DNA of 64,000 nt from Candidatus Hodarchaeota archaeon (GCA_016839815.1 JAEOTM010000204.1:49640-113639), one strand, 5' to 3'. Shown: positions 30,382 through 41,174, numbered from the stretch's first letter. Made by a program: numbers and translations. Notes: generated from the letters alone by a model not told the origin.

Positions 30382-31014
30382 ATGAGAAGCCAAAAGTTAA
30401 TTGGAACGAAAATTCGAATAAAAATCGTACTGATTGGAGATGGAGGGGTTGGAAAAACCACTCTTCGACGCACATGGTTAGGAGAAGAGTTTAAAACCGA
30501 GTATCATATGACTATTGGCGCTGATTTTGCATCCAAAGAAGTAAGTTACTATCATTCCCCAACAAAAACTACCTATAAAATCAAATTTCAAGTGTGGGAT
30601 TTAGCTGGACAACCGATGTTTAAGGCAGTACAAGAGCTGTATTACCGGGGTGCAGTCGGAGCATTATGCTTTTTTGATATAACAAATCAGGAATCGTACA
30701 TGCATTTGGTCGAGTGGATTCAAAGTTTCTGGAACTTAAATGGCAAGGGGAAAAGTCCCCTGCTTATTGTCGCTTCAAAATGTGATCTTCGCGACAATCC
30801 CGCATTTCCAAATCAGGTATCTGCCCACTATGGCAAAGAATATGCGGAAAAACTATCCAAATCACTAAAAGATGAATTAGGGTTTTCTGTACATTATGTA
30901 GAAACCTCCGCAAAAGACGATATCAATGTGGATAACGTATTCAAGATGTTAGCAGGGGAAATTATATCTAGCTACACCTTTCAGGAAAAAAAGGAAGAAA
31001 CACCTACAAGGTAA
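30382..31014 (+). CDS. Rab-like small GTPase
   Basis: GDGGVGKT, TIGADF, WDLAGQ, YYRGA, SKCD, ETSAK. Confidence 0.95.
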   Translation: MRSQKLIGTKIRIKIVLIGDGGVGKTTLRRTWLGEEFKTEYHMTIGADFASKEVSYYHSPTKTTYKIKFQVWDLAGQPMFKAVQELYYRGAVGALCFFDITNQESYMHLVEWIQSFWNLNGKGKSPLLIVASKCDLRDNPAFPNQVSAHYGKEYAEKLSKSLKDELGFSVHYVETSAKDDINVDNVFKMLAGEIISSYTFQEKKEETPTR

Positions 31015-31185
31015 TTTATTTACCTTAACTAATTTTCCACATCAGTAATCCGTGGAAAAGGAGTGGGAGTTCCGTGAGAACAGAAACAGAAGTGCAACCT
31101 CCATCCAAAGACAATGATAATCCTATATATTACAAAACTCTCAGAGAAGAAAAGTCCATAGGACACTACTATTGAATAATTAGAA

Positions 31186-31800
31186 TTATCTACCTTTCTT
31201 CTTACGGTATAAAATTAAAACAAATAGATTGGGAAAGAAGGAAAGATACAGAAGACCAGGAGTGAAGACAGAACGAGAAGCAGGGAGAGTGGATAAAGGC
31301 CAGGTAGTGATTCTAGAAGGTGCTCCAACAAAGGTGGAAACACAAAAGGTGTCACTAGAAGTGGTAATAGCCAACCAGATAACTCCATAAACAAAACAAC
31401 CCTCCACGAGAAAATCAAAAGAAGAACTAGTAGACAAAGAATAGGAAGGAGGAGAAATACTAACTGGATCAGAATAATTCCAAGTAACTCCTCCAAAGGT
31501 GACCTCATGCCAGAGACGAAGGGAAATGACCTCACAAGGAGAAGAACCATGATAGGTTAAACGGATAACGAGTTGAGAATAACCCATACAATCCCAGGTA
31601 ACCACCTCGGTATAATTAGGAGGATGAGGACCAGGGACAAATTGTGTCTCTCCATAATAACCGAGAACAGACAAAGAAAATCCATCGGATGAGGTCGAAG
31701 GAATTGAAACGAAAAAAATGCTATTTGACAAAAATAGAAGACTAATCCCTATCAAAAACAGACCAGAAAGGAACTTCATTGCAAGAGACCTTCTTATCAT
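31186..31800 (-). CDS. Exported Ser-rich protein with C-terminal sorting signal
   Basis: Signal peptide; ends TPGLLYLSFFPNLFVLILYRKKKGR. Confidence 0.7.
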   Translation of the reverse strand: MIRRSLAMKFLSGLFLIGISLLFLSNSIFFVSIPSTSSDGFSLSVLGYYGETQFVPGPHPPNYTEVVTWDCMGYSQLVIRLTYHGSSPCEVISLRLWHEVTFGGVTWNYSDPVSISPPSYSLSTSSSFDFLVEGCFVYGVIWLAITTSSDTFCVSTFVGAPSRITTWPLSTLPASRSVFTPGLLYLSFFPNLFVLILYRKKKGR

Positions 31801-31925
31801 CTTACGTGTCTAACTAGACTTAAGAAATCTTGGATGACAACACACCTATCACGCAAGAATTAGGGTGAGAATATTTTTTCAAAAAGGAGATAATCCCCAG
31901 ATATAAAACTCCAAAACTCATCAAC

Positions 31926-32030
31926 CACACTTTTACAACTCCTGGAGGTGATTTCTTCTCTTATTTAGAAATAAACGCGAGGCCTGACCCTTTTTACATT
32001 TCTAATAAGAAAGAATCCTTGTACGATTAG
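31926..32030 (+). repeat. Structured intergenic repeat, copy 3 (diverged)
   Basis: CACAC...ACTCCTGGAGG...AAACGCGAGGCCTGACCCTTTTTAC...CCTTGTACGATTAG. Confidence 0.8.
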
Positions 32031-32083
32031 TATTGAACGGGACGTGGAATAATAGAAGGTCAGTCAAAGAGAAACTTTCAGTT

Positions 32084-34894
32084 TCAGTCACGCTTAGTGT
32101 ATATGAAAAGACTGAGTAGGGATATAAACACTAAAAAGAAAGACCAAGAGGGACTCCTTCGACCAGAAGTAGTTGTGGTTGTCGAAGTGGTTGAGGAGTC
32201 TGGTGGAACGGTGCTAGATTCCGTTGTAGTCTTGAGAACATTCTGAATTGAAAAAACATCATCAGAAATATCTTCACCTATCAATCCCTCAGAACAGGTA
32301 GCTATAATTTTGATCAAATAAGTTCCACCATCAGCAACACTCGTAGAATTCCACATGTAACTAGCTGACATTAGACTGCTCCCCAATTTAAACCAAGTAA
32401 CACCATTATCATAAGAAAGGTAGAGATCATAAGTAATTGTATGATTGAGTGAATCAACACCCTCAGTCCATTGGAATTGAACATTACCTGAAAGGATTTC
32501 TCCCCCATTAGGATAGATAATTTGTGGAGGTGAAAAACCATGAGATTTTGCTGTTATGCTAAAAATATTATCAGAAATATCAGCAGCAGTTAAACCATCT
32601 GAACAATTGGCTACAACCTTAATTAGATAATTTCCTTCATCCAAAAATAAAATATTCCAACTATAAACATTTGAAACCAAATCAGACACAAGTAAACTCC
32701 AAGTAGCTCCATTATTAGAAGAATAATATATAGTATATAGCACTAAATGGTTCCATGAATCAGTGGCAGTATTCCAATGAACGGAAATCTCCCCAGACAG
32801 GATTTCACCACCATTAGGATAGAGGACATGAGGTATGGACAATACATGCTTCAGATTCTCAATTAAGAAAGGACCATCAGAAAAATCAGTCGTGATTAAT
32901 CCTTCAGAGCAATTGGCAATAACTTGAATAAGATATTCAGAACCATCAGCGACTGTATTTGTATCCCAATCATAAGTGGTCACTGATAGACCAGTCTGAA
33001 GTAAATTCCATGAAAAACCATTGTCAGAAGAATAGAAAAGGGTATAGCTAATGTTGTGATCCCAGGAATCAATAGACATCGCCCATTGAATCGTAATCAT
33101 TCCTGATAAGATTTCTCCTCCATTGGGATTAATCAAAACGGGCGTTGAAACCTTATGTACAAATAGAAGATAAGGAAGCGTCAATGGGTAGAGATCCTGA
33201 TTGTTGGCAGATCCACCAATATCATATGGTTGATCCACTATCCGATCTGAATCATTATCAGGAGAAGTCCAAGCGTTCCAGTAGTTATACGAGAAAATAT
33301 TCTTCAAGGTAGGATTCGTTTGATCATCAAAAGCTTGAGAATTACCGAGATTATTGAAAAGAAAATCATTTCGTTCAATGTGGTTATGATTTGAATCATA
33401 ACAGTAAATAGATTCAAAAGAAGAGTTCTGGTACAGGTTCAACATCACTGTATTGTTATTTGCTTGACCAATAAGCATACCCCACCCAAGAGAACGAGTA
33501 ATTGAATTTTGGGAGAAATTATTTTGATGCGAGCCCCAAACATACACACTGGTATCTTCACACTCAATGATTGTATTCTCGAAAATAGAGTTGTTATGGG
33601 AATAAACTATGTAAAGGCCTATAGAAATAGGTCGATAGAAAATATTCCCTTGGATAATGCTCATATGTGTATTATAAAGATAGATACCGTTATAATCAGC
33701 ATTAGAAACAGTATTATTAGTAATAGTCATGTTAGTACAATATATGAATTGTAAAGCACTTGTAAGATTAAAAAAATTCTGATCAGAGACTTCCATAAGC
33801 GTACAATTAACTAAGATTACCTGTCCAGCATCAGATGGAACAACCCCTCCATTTATATGTTGCCAAAAAATGAGGGGACGGCTATTAATCCAATTATTTT
33901 CTACCTGGGTTTGTAGATAATCCGTTAGAGTATCTCCAGAGATATGAATCCCTAAAACAGCTAGATGATTATCAATCAGAGTATTATTAGGAGCAGTTTG
34001 AAGAAAAATATTCCGTGCTGTTTCATTCAGAGTATTATTGATTAAACGGTTGGAATATGAGGAGGTAATCCGAATACCATTATCACCAATATTCCCGAAC
34101 ATATTATGAGTAATATTATTGGTATTGGCATTAGACGATAAATAGATACCTTTTCCTTGATCTACAATCACATTATTAGAAACTAAATTATCTTGAGAAT
34201 CCCAAAGAGAAATTCCTTCACGAGAGGAATTGAGGAGAGAATTGTAAGTAAGAGTATTATTATGGGAACTACTAAGATAAATTCCTCCATACCGATTATG
34301 AGAAATATTATTGTAGGAAATATCAAGAGAACCTGAATTACCAATGCTAAAGGCGATGTGATCATGGCCTATGATCCGATTGTGGGTAAAATTACTAGTA
34401 AAACAGGAAGACAGAACAATCGCATCCCCTTGTCCCACAAGGCCTTTGCTTCTTTGGATGGTATTATTAAAAACAACCGCATTCGTGACATTAGAAAAGA
34501 GAATGCCAAATTTGCCACGATCCAGAAAGCAGTCACCTATAGTGAAATAAAGATTAGTATTACGAATTTCAATTAGAGTATCCGCCGAAGATCCCGTAAT
34601 GTTATAATTAGTAATTTGATAGGGGGAAGCTACTGAGCCATTTCCAGGCCAAGATTCAGAGGTAGCAGTCGAAATGAATGCAGAATTGCTGTCGATGAAA
34701 ATTGAGCTATGGGTCAGATAGGAAAACATAGGAACAGCAAAATTCCTAATAGGTGATAATGGTTCGGATGCTAGAAGATGTGTTTGAGGGGGTACAAAAA
34801 CATACCACGTAAAAAGGCCTGAAGACACTAAGATATATATTAAGATTATAACATTCAATTTTATATTTATTTCTGGTTTTTTACTTAATTTCAT
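32084..34894 (-). CDS. Surface protein: right-handed parallel beta-helix (NosD-like) plus three Ig/Fn3-like repeats and C-terminal sorting signal
   Basis: GIYLxxSxNNxI repeats; three PNGGE(I)LSG...W...DS..H...Y.L.YS.DNG..W modules; Thr/Ser linker, SPSW, TM, KR. Start moved to ATG 34894 because the track start lies inside a repeat. Confidence 0.88.
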   Translation of the reverse strand: MKLSKKPEINIKLNVIILIYILVSSGLFTWYVFVPPQTHLLASEPLSPIRNFAVPMFSYLTHSSIFIDSNSAFISTATSESWPGNGSVASPYQITNYNITGSSADTLIEIRNTNLYFTIGDCFLDRGKFGILFSNVTNAVVFNNTIQRSKGLVGQGDAIVLSSCFTSNFTHNRIIGHDHIAFSIGNSGSLDISYNNISHNRYGGIYLSSSHNNTLTYNSLLNSSREGISLWDSQDNLVSNNVIVDQGKGIYLSSNANTNNITHNMFGNIGDNGIRITSSYSNRLINNTLNETARNIFLQTAPNNTLIDNHLAVLGIHISGDTLTDYLQTQVENNWINSRPLIFWQHINGGVVPSDAGQVILVNCTLMEVSDQNFFNLTSALQFIYCTNMTITNNTVSNADYNGIYLYNTHMSIIQGNIFYRPISIGLYIVYSHNNSIFENTIIECEDTSVYVWGSHQNNFSQNSITRSLGWGMLIGQANNNTVMLNLYQNSSFESIYCYDSNHNHIERNDFLFNNLGNSQAFDDQTNPTLKNIFSYNYWNAWTSPDNDSDRIVDQPYDIGGSANNQDLYPLTLPYLLFVHKVSTPVLINPNGGEILSGMITIQWAMSIDSWDHNISYTLFYSSDNGFSWNLLQTGLSVTTYDWDTNTVADGSEYLIQVIANCSEGLITTDFSDGPFLIENLKHVLSIPHVLYPNGGEILSGEISVHWNTATDSWNHLVLYTIYYSSNNGATWSLLVSDLVSNVYSWNILFLDEGNYLIKVVANCSDGLTAADISDNIFSITAKSHGFSPPQIIYPNGGEILSGNVQFQWTEGVDSLNHTITYDLYLSYDNGVTWFKLGSSLMSASYMWNSTSVADGGTYLIKIIATCSEGLIGEDISDDVFSIQNVLKTTTESSTVPPDSSTTSTTTTTSGRRSPSWSFFLVFISLLSLFIYTKRD

Positions 34895-35028
34895 TGATGT
34901 CAAACCGATTAGAGTGAATTTCCGAGGATTTGTACGACTCACAAATCTGATCACCTTAATGATAGGGTTCACTCCTTTATAAAGCTTTGAAGAGTGCAAA
35001 GAAATAAAAACAATCACAGCCACCAAAA

Positions 35029-35165
35029 GAAGAAACCCACCAGACATACGACCAAAAAACGATTCTAGACACATCTTACGACTCTTTAAGACTTTTTTTT
35101 AGAAAAAACGAGAGAACTGACCCTTTCCACATAATTCTAAAATTTATAGCCCTTGTGCGAGGAGT
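35029..35165 (+). repeat. Structured intergenic repeat, copy 4
   Basis: CCACCAGACATACGACCA...GACTCTTTAAG...AAACGAGAGAACTGACCCTTTCCAC...TAGCCCTTGTGCGAGGAGT. Confidence 0.9.
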
Positions 35166-35391
35166 AGGAAGATTGGGGAGAACAAAAGTTAGGATACTGC
35201 GTTTATAACTGCAAGGACCTCACGGAAGTATTCAAGAAGATCAATCTTTTCCTCAAGCGCTTCGTTGAGTAACCTCTCCACCATTTTAATCGATCCACTC
35301 ATTTTAATTGGTTTAAATATCCACCTCACTGGATAACAAACGTCATATACTTGAAGTTCCAAATTATACTAGTCAGATTGAGGTAAATAAA

Positions 35392-36474
35392 ATGACTGGA
35401 CAAGACGTTTACCAACGCCTTCGTGAACATCTACACAATCTTCCTGTAGGTTTTCCCAAAACCGATTCAGGAGTTGAAATACGGATTCTCGAAAGACTTT
35501 TCACCAAGGAAGAAGCTGAAATGGCATGTCACCTTTCACCATTTGTAGCAACAGCTGAGGATATCGCAGAGGAAATTGGACAAAACCCAGAAAACGTAGA
35601 ATCCCTTCTAGAGCAGATGAGTAGGAAAGGATTAATATATAATTCTCGTAAAGGAGGAAGGACTACATATCGAGCAAGTTGGTTCTTTGTAGGTATTTTT
35701 GAACATCAGATCAATCGAATGACTAAGGAATTTGTGGATGATTTCGATCAGTATCTGGAGGATGGATTCCGTGATGAACTACTTTCTTATGAAACGCAAC
35801 AACTGCGAGTGGTGCCAGTTAATAAGGCGATAGATGCAACAAAGCAAGTAGCCACATATGAAGATGCCCGTGAGTTGATTAAACAACAAAGTAAAATCGC
35901 GGTTCTAAATTGCATCTGTAGGCAAAAGAAGGATCTGCAAGGGGGGTCGTGTTCCCGTCACGAGGAGCGAGAAATCTGTCTTGCGTTTTCAAGTGGGGCA
36001 TATTACTTCATGGAACATGGTTTGGGTCGAGAAATTAAACAAGAAGAAGCATTAGAACTTTTAACCTTCGCAGAGGAAAAAGGGCTTGTTATAAATCCGG
36101 GAAATGCCCAAAAAACATTTTCGTTGTGTTTGTGCTGTGGGGATTGTTGTGAATTTCTTGGACTCCTAAAAACGTACCCAACTCCCAGTTCATTAATAGG
36201 GAGTAATTATTTTGCGCAAGTAGATAGTGATTTGTGTTCAGGCTGTGAGACTTGTGTAGATCGTTGTCAAATGGACGCTATCGCTATAATAGAAGATATC
36301 TCTACTGTTAATCTTGATCGGTGTATAGGCTGTGGGCTATGTGTTACAACATGTCCAGAAGAAGCTTTGACTCTCCAACGTAAAGCAGAAAAAGAACAGG
36401 TAGTTCCACCAGCAACTATTAATGAACTTTATATGAAAATTGGAACAGAAAGGTTACAGCGTAATTCTATGTAA
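35392..36474 (+). CDS. 4Fe-4S binding protein with N-terminal HTH-like domain
   Basis: GFPKTDSGVEIRILERLFTKEEA; CICR, CLCCGDCC, CSGCETCVDRC, CIGCGLCVTTCP; GAGGT SD. Confidence 0.9.
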   Translation: MTGQDVYQRLREHLHNLPVGFPKTDSGVEIRILERLFTKEEAEMACHLSPFVATAEDIAEEIGQNPENVESLLEQMSRKGLIYNSRKGGRTTYRASWFFVGIFEHQINRMTKEFVDDFDQYLEDGFRDELLSYETQQLRVVPVNKAIDATKQVATYEDARELIKQQSKIAVLNCICRQKKDLQGGSCSRHEEREICLAFSSGAYYFMEHGLGREIKQEEALELLTFAEEKGLVINPGNAQKTFSLCLCCGDCCEFLGLLKTYPTPSSLIGSNYFAQVDSDLCSGCETCVDRCQMDAIAIIEDISTVNLDRCIGCGLCVTTCPEEALTLQRKAEKEQVVPPATINELYMKIGTERLQRNSM

Positions 36475-36498
36475 TGAAATTTACAAATGATCAATATT

Positions 36499-36556
36499 GA
36501 AAACGAGAGGACGGATCCTTTCCACAATTCTCCTGAGAAATAGCCCATCTGCGATT
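36499..36556 (+). repeat. Structured intergenic repeat, copy 5 (core)
   Basis: GAAAACGAGAGGACGGATCCTTTCCAC...TAGCCC...TGCGATT. Confidence 0.85.
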
Positions 36557-36635
36557 AATTCTAAGGAGTATACTAGATCTGGAATCAAGAACTTTATATA
36601 AAGAAAATCCTGTATTAATGTGAGGAGTTCTACTC

Positions 36636-37181
36636 TTGACTTCAGAAGCTTTTCTTTCCCCCCGAGATTTACAGAAAGAACAATTGATAGGTTGGGCATT
36701 GTTTCTTATAGGAAGTATATCGGCTATTTTGCTGATACTTCTATTTTGGGAGTTAGTAAAAACTGACAATGCTTTTATTGGAACATTGTTGCTAGGGGGT
36801 ATTGTTTTTGGATGGAGTGTGAGTTCTTATATTTTCAAAGAAGCAAAATTTCTCTTCGATGTGAGACTTTCACCTGAATCCCTTTTAATAGAAAAGATTT
36901 ACACTAATTCAGAAAAGAAGAGTCTGCAATACGATTGGGTGGCCATTAAAAACATAGTTTTAGTAGAAGAGTTTAATTTTAGGACCTTCTCAGGATATAA
37001 ATTGAAATTGTCCTTTATTTTAGATTCTGGAAAAGTTTCAGAAGAGGAAGAGTTTTCTTTGCGTATGTACGATAGAAGCTATGAAAAACAGAGAGAATTG
37101 TACAATCGAATTAGTTCTTTCTGGATGCTTGCAAGCAACGAGATGACTGATAATTTCCACACAGTTAGTCCAAATTATTAA
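36636..37181 (+). CDS. Membrane protein, 2 TM plus soluble beta domain
   Basis: Two hydrophobic helices then a PH-like beta region; TTTATATA box at about 36593. Confidence 0.6.
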   Translation: MTSEAFLSPRDLQKEQLIGWALFLIGSISAILLILLFWELVKTDNAFIGTLLLGGIVFGWSVSSYIFKEAKFLFDVRLSPESLLIEKIYTNSEKKSLQYDWVAIKNIVLVEEFNFRTFSGYKLKLSFILDSGKVSEEEEFSLRMYDRSYEKQRELYNRISSFWMLASNEMTDNFHTVSPNY

Positions 37182-37725
37182 AAAACTGACCATACATACT
37201 CGGGTTGGCCCAGTGCCACAAAAGAGCAAAGGCTTTCCTTACTTCAAAATATGCTTCTCTATATTTCTCTGAATCAATTTCTTTAGGGATATGTTGACGA
37301 AAGATTGTTAGCAGTTCAAAAACATCCGTTTTTAGAGGTATAAGGTCTACTTCTTTTCTTATTGGACTCATATTTGTCTCAAGAATTATGTGATCCTTAT
37401 CTTTCACTTTCAGATCATACTCTTCGTAAGCCCCGATTTGCCATAAATAGCGCTTTACAAAGAATTGAATACCTTCTAACCGCTCGGAAACTGCGGTTAA
37501 TAAATCCATGTCATATGTATGAAGTGCATTCTTAAATAGTCCATCCCTCATCATGGAAAAAAAATAAACAAAACCTAGTTTTCCAACAATCAGCGCAAAA
37601 TCAGGAAATCTGGAGAGGGTGTTGATCAATGCGATTGTTACCTCTTCTTGATCATATATTCTTCGAATCGTGGACTTACACCCCTTACAAATGAGCAGAA
37701 TCTCTCTCATTCCTCCATCACGCAT
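37165..37725 (-). CDS. Hypothetical protein
   Basis: 186-aa ORF; CKGC near the N-terminus; SD-like GAGGGGG/GGAGG upstream. Confidence 0.6.
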   Translation of the reverse strand: MRDGGMREILLICKGCKSTIRRIYDQEEVTIALINTLSRFPDFALIVGKLGFVYFFSMMRDGLFKNALHTYDMDLLTAVSERLEGIQFFVKRYLWQIGAYEEYDLKVKDKDHIILETNMSPIRKEVDLIPLKTDVFELLTIFRQHIPKEIDSEKYREAYFEVRKAFALLWHWANPSMYGQFFNNLD

Positions 37726-38130
37726 TTACCCCCTCTTAATCTGTAGATCTTCGGTATTACAACTTGAACAGCTAAAGTGAATTGAATAATAAATATCGAT
37801 TACCTGCTCAGGTTCAAAAGAGGAAAGACTTATTTCAGCAAATCTATTCTTATACCCATAAATGCTTTTAAATTTGATTTTAATGTCAGACAATGTATCC
37901 ACTCAATTTTTTATCGATAGATCATTAGCTTTCATATTCAGAACCGTTTTTCTTATGTATAAATCTCTGTATGTTTTCAAATTTAAACGAGTACGATAGT
38001 TCTTCAGCTCGAAAGTCAACTTGAAAAATGAGGAGAGAAAGAGTGAACAAAATATACGATCCGTCTTGAATCTCTAGAATTCAAGAATTATTCATTCGCT
38101 ATCGCTTATGAAAGGCTGTAGACTCCAAAA

Positions 38131-39645
38131 ATGTCCAGAATAAAAAAGAGACTTGCATTATCACAAGAAAAACGGCGAAAATTCATCCAACAGCGGTTTA
38201 GCCGTCAAAAGATCAAAGAAAAAACCAAACAACACCTGGTACTAAAGATCTTTCTTGGGATTGCCCTGCTGCTGTTTAGTGGGCTGTTTATAATTCTACA
38301 TACCTACGATGCGTATCTCGGTAATATAATCCTATTTTCCCTAATATTTGTCATGACGTTTATCCTAGTCGCTAGATATCACCATGTTCAAATCACAATT
38401 ATTCTAATTTCATGTTTAATTGCCCTTTTTATGGCAGCACTATTATTGGAAGGATTTGAATGGCATAATGTGGTTGACCATTATATGGAATGGGAAGTAC
38501 TCGCAGTAGTATTTGGTATGTCTCTATTGGTCGAATCTACAGCTGAAACTGGGCTTTTTGATTGGGTTATCATCCGTATGCTCAAAATATCAAAGGGAGA
38601 AGTCTATCCTCTCTTCATTATGACATTCCTATTAACTTTAGCCTTATCTACCGTATTAGCAAATGTAACAGCCATGATCCTAATCAGCTCAATGATATTT
38701 ACTCTCGCAAATGCATTGGATTATGATCCGACTCCATTCATACTTTCAGCTGTTCTCGCTACTGATGTAGCTGGAATGGCCACATTAGTCTCTTCCTTAC
38801 CCGCAATTCTGGTAGGAACAACGGCAGGAATAGGATTCATTGATTTCTTATTAATTTCTTTACCTTTTGTGTTAGTTTCTATCCCCATTTGCATTTTTTA
38901 CTTGAACCGATTCTTTCCCCCAGAGAAAATCCCCTTACGAAGTTTAGAGGATACTCCTGACGTCATTGATAGAGAAATGATTCTATCACTAGATCCTTGG
39001 GGAGTTATTGAAGAGAAGAGACGATTTTATTTAGCCGCATTTTCTTTAGGAGTCACTATTGTAGGATTTGCTCTTGCACAATTCCTATCAATTCCCCTTG
39101 GAGTAGTTGCAATATCTGGGGGAGTTATAGCGATGATTTTAACCCAATCAGAAGAAAATAGGCTTCTATCCCAATTAAATTGGAGTACCCTGCTCTTTTT
39201 TGGAGGATTGTTCATCCTAGTGGGAGTCCTAGAGGAAACCAATGTGTTAAATGACCTTGCGAAGTGGCTTGAGAATATTTCGGGAGGGGATTTACTTCTT
39301 TCAGGAATTTTGATCCTTCTGATTACAGCAATTTTCAGTGGGGTTCTTGATAATATTCCAGTTACTGCTGCACTTTTGCCGATAATCACAGACATGAATA
39401 TCATTCATGAAACAACTAATCCGCGCTATCTATGGTTTATTTTGGTCTTTTCTGGTGCATTAGGAGGCGGGTGGACTCCTTTCGGATCTGCCGCAGGAAT
39501 TGTAGCCGTTTCATTATTAGCTAGGGAAGGAAAACCATTAAATTTCGGACAATTTCTACGCTGCTTTATTCCAATCTCAGCTCTGTTAGTAGTAATTGCT
39601 GGGGTTTATCTTTCAGTCCTTGCATTATTTTTTGGTATTATTTAA
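38131..39645 (+). CDS. ArsB/NhaD (SLC13-like) ion transporter permease
   Basis: STVLANVTAM, LNWSTLLFFGGLFILVG, SGVLDNIP, LGGGWTPFGSAAG; more than 12 TM helices. Confidence 0.9.
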   Translation: MSRIKKRLALSQEKRRKFIQQRFSRQKIKEKTKQHLVLKIFLGIALLLFSGLFIILHTYDAYLGNIILFSLIFVMTFILVARYHHVQITIILISCLIALFMAALLLEGFEWHNVVDHYMEWEVLAVVFGMSLLVESTAETGLFDWVIIRMLKISKGEVYPLFIMTFLLTLALSTVLANVTAMILISSMIFTLANALDYDPTPFILSAVLATDVAGMATLVSSLPAILVGTTAGIGFIDFLLISLPFVLVSIPICIFYLNRFFPPEKIPLRSLEDTPDVIDREMILSLDPWGVIEEKRRFYLAAFSLGVTIVGFALAQFLSIPLGVVAISGGVIAMILTQSEENRLLSQLNWSTLLFFGGLFILVGVLEETNVLNDLAKWLENISGGDLLLSGILILLITAIFSGVLDNIPVTAALLPIITDMNIIHETTNPRYLWFILVFSGALGGGWTPFGSAAGIVAVSLLAREGKPLNFGQFLRCFIPISALLVVIAGVYLSVLALFFGII

Positions 39646-39672
39646 ACCAAGGGCTATTTTCGAGTTATTTTC

Positions 39673-39856
39673 AAGTGAACACCAGATAGAAGACCAGAAA
39701 GCTCCAGAACACGCTCACTTTGAATCCTGAAAGCTTTTTCTCCTAAAAGACAAGAGGACTGCCCCTTTCCACTTTATCTAGGAAAATAGCCTGTATGTGA
39801 GGAGTGGCCGCTGGCTAAGCCTGTTGAAAAAACACCACGTGAATTTCTTTGAAGAA
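39673..39856 (+). repeat. Structured intergenic repeat, copy 6 (long)
   Basis: AAGTGAACACCAGATAGAAGACCAGAA...GAATCCTGAAAGCT...ACAAGAGGACTGCCCCTTTCCAC...TAGCCTGTATGTGAGGAGTGG...CCACGTGAATTTCTTTGAAGAA. Confidence 0.88.
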
Positions 39857-40093
39857 CAATGTCTCTCAACCTTCCCCTGAGCGAGATCCAATGAATTTTC
39901 TCACTGAAAATTATGAAAATAATCACGATTGGACCAATTATATGAAAGAACCTCTTGAGTCAAACTGAAAAAGGTGGCTGAGAAGTTTTAAAGGAAATTG
40001 TATTCTTCAAAAACAATATATAGCTCTCGAGTGAAAATATAGAAATAAGTAGTACAATATCGCTGAAGCGAGTAGATAAAAAGAGGGAAAAAT

Positions 40094-40726
40094 ATGAGGA
40101 GGAATATGTTAAGCGGAACGAAAATCCGAATAAAAATCGTACTGATTGGAGATGGAGGGGTTGGAAAAACCACTCTTCGACGCGCATGGTTAGGAGAAGA
40201 GTTTAAAACAAAATATCTCATGACAATTGGCGCAGATTTTGCATCCCAAGAGGTAACTTACTATCATTCTCCAACAAAATCGACTTATAATATCAAATTT
40301 CAAGTGTGGGATTTAGCTGGACAACCGATGTTTAAGACAGTACGAGAGCTGTATTACCGGGGTGCAGTGGGAGCATTGTGCTTTTTTGATATAACTAATC
40401 AGGACTCTTATATGAACTTGGTCAAGTGGATTCAAAATTACTGGGACTTAAATGGCATGGGGAAAAGACCCCTACTCATTGTCGGGGCAAAATGTGATCT
40501 TCGGGGCAATCCTGCATTTCCAAATCAGGTGTCTGCCCACTATGGTAAAGAATATGCTGCAGAACTATCCAAAACACTAAAAGATAAATTAGGGTTTTCT
40601 GTTCATTATGTAGAAACCTCCGCAAAAGAAAACATCAATGTGGACGACGTATTCAGGATGTTGGCCGGAGAAATTATTTCTAGCTACTCCTTTCAGGAAA
40701 AAAAGGAAGAAACGCTTACTCAGTAA
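40094..40726 (+). CDS. Rab-like small GTPase, paralog of 30382..31014
   Basis: Same motifs and length; 35 differences in 210 aa by manual count. Confidence 0.95.
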   Translation: MRRNMLSGTKIRIKIVLIGDGGVGKTTLRRAWLGEEFKTKYLMTIGADFASQEVTYYHSPTKSTYNIKFQVWDLAGQPMFKTVRELYYRGAVGALCFFDITNQDSYMNLVKWIQNYWDLNGMGKRPLLIVGAKCDLRGNPAFPNQVSAHYGKEYAAELSKTLKDKLGFSVHYVETSAKENINVDDVFRMLAGEIISSYSFQEKKEETLTQ

Positions 40727-40760
40727 TTTTTTTACCTTTACTCATTGACTGTTCAAAAAA

Positions 40761-41174
40761 TCATTGGATAATTTGGAAACCAGCCTGTTTAAAATGGGAA
40801 TCATAGGTAAAGGCAATATCTATGTTTAAAGCCTCCATAACGATAAAACTCATACAATCAGTAAAACTAAAGGTTTTATCTTGATGTAGCTTGAAAAAAT
40901 CCCACCCTTTTTCTTCTAGTGCCCCTTGTATCCAGATAATTCGGATGTTAGGTGATTTTCTAATAGATTCTCCAATTTGAATGACTTCCTTATGAGCCAC
41001 ACGACCCCGTAACAGCGTGAAAAGCTCATCAAGGATGTAATTCGTGGTTACCATCTTCCCATATGTTCCCTCCTGGATTTGACTTTCAATAATGAGAGCA
41101 GAAGAATAATTGATATCATTAGCCACTTTGGAAGCAAAAAATGCACCCGTATCAACAAAAATCATTTTATACAC
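40761..41174 (-). CDS. vapC: PIN-domain (VapC-like) toxin
   Basis: IFVDTGAF, ILDE, SFTDCMSF, AFTYDSHFKQAGF. Confidence 0.92.
   Translation of the reverse strand: MYKMIFVDTGAFFASKVANDINYSSALIIESQIQEGTYGKMVTTNYILDELFTLLRGRVAHKEVIQIGESIRKSPNIRIIWIQGALEEKGWDFFKLHQDKTFSFTDCMSFIVMEALNIDIAFTYDSHFKQAGFQIIQ

Noticed and set aside
34895-35074. First 60 codons of the 996-aa ORF
   Set aside because: They begin inside repeat copy 4 and cross a TTTATAAA box; the signal peptide starts at ATG 34894.
30278-40221. Similar antisense ORFs 30278..30475 and 39960..40187 (VEEWFFQPLHLQS)
   Set aside because: Shadow frames of the duplicated GTPase genes.
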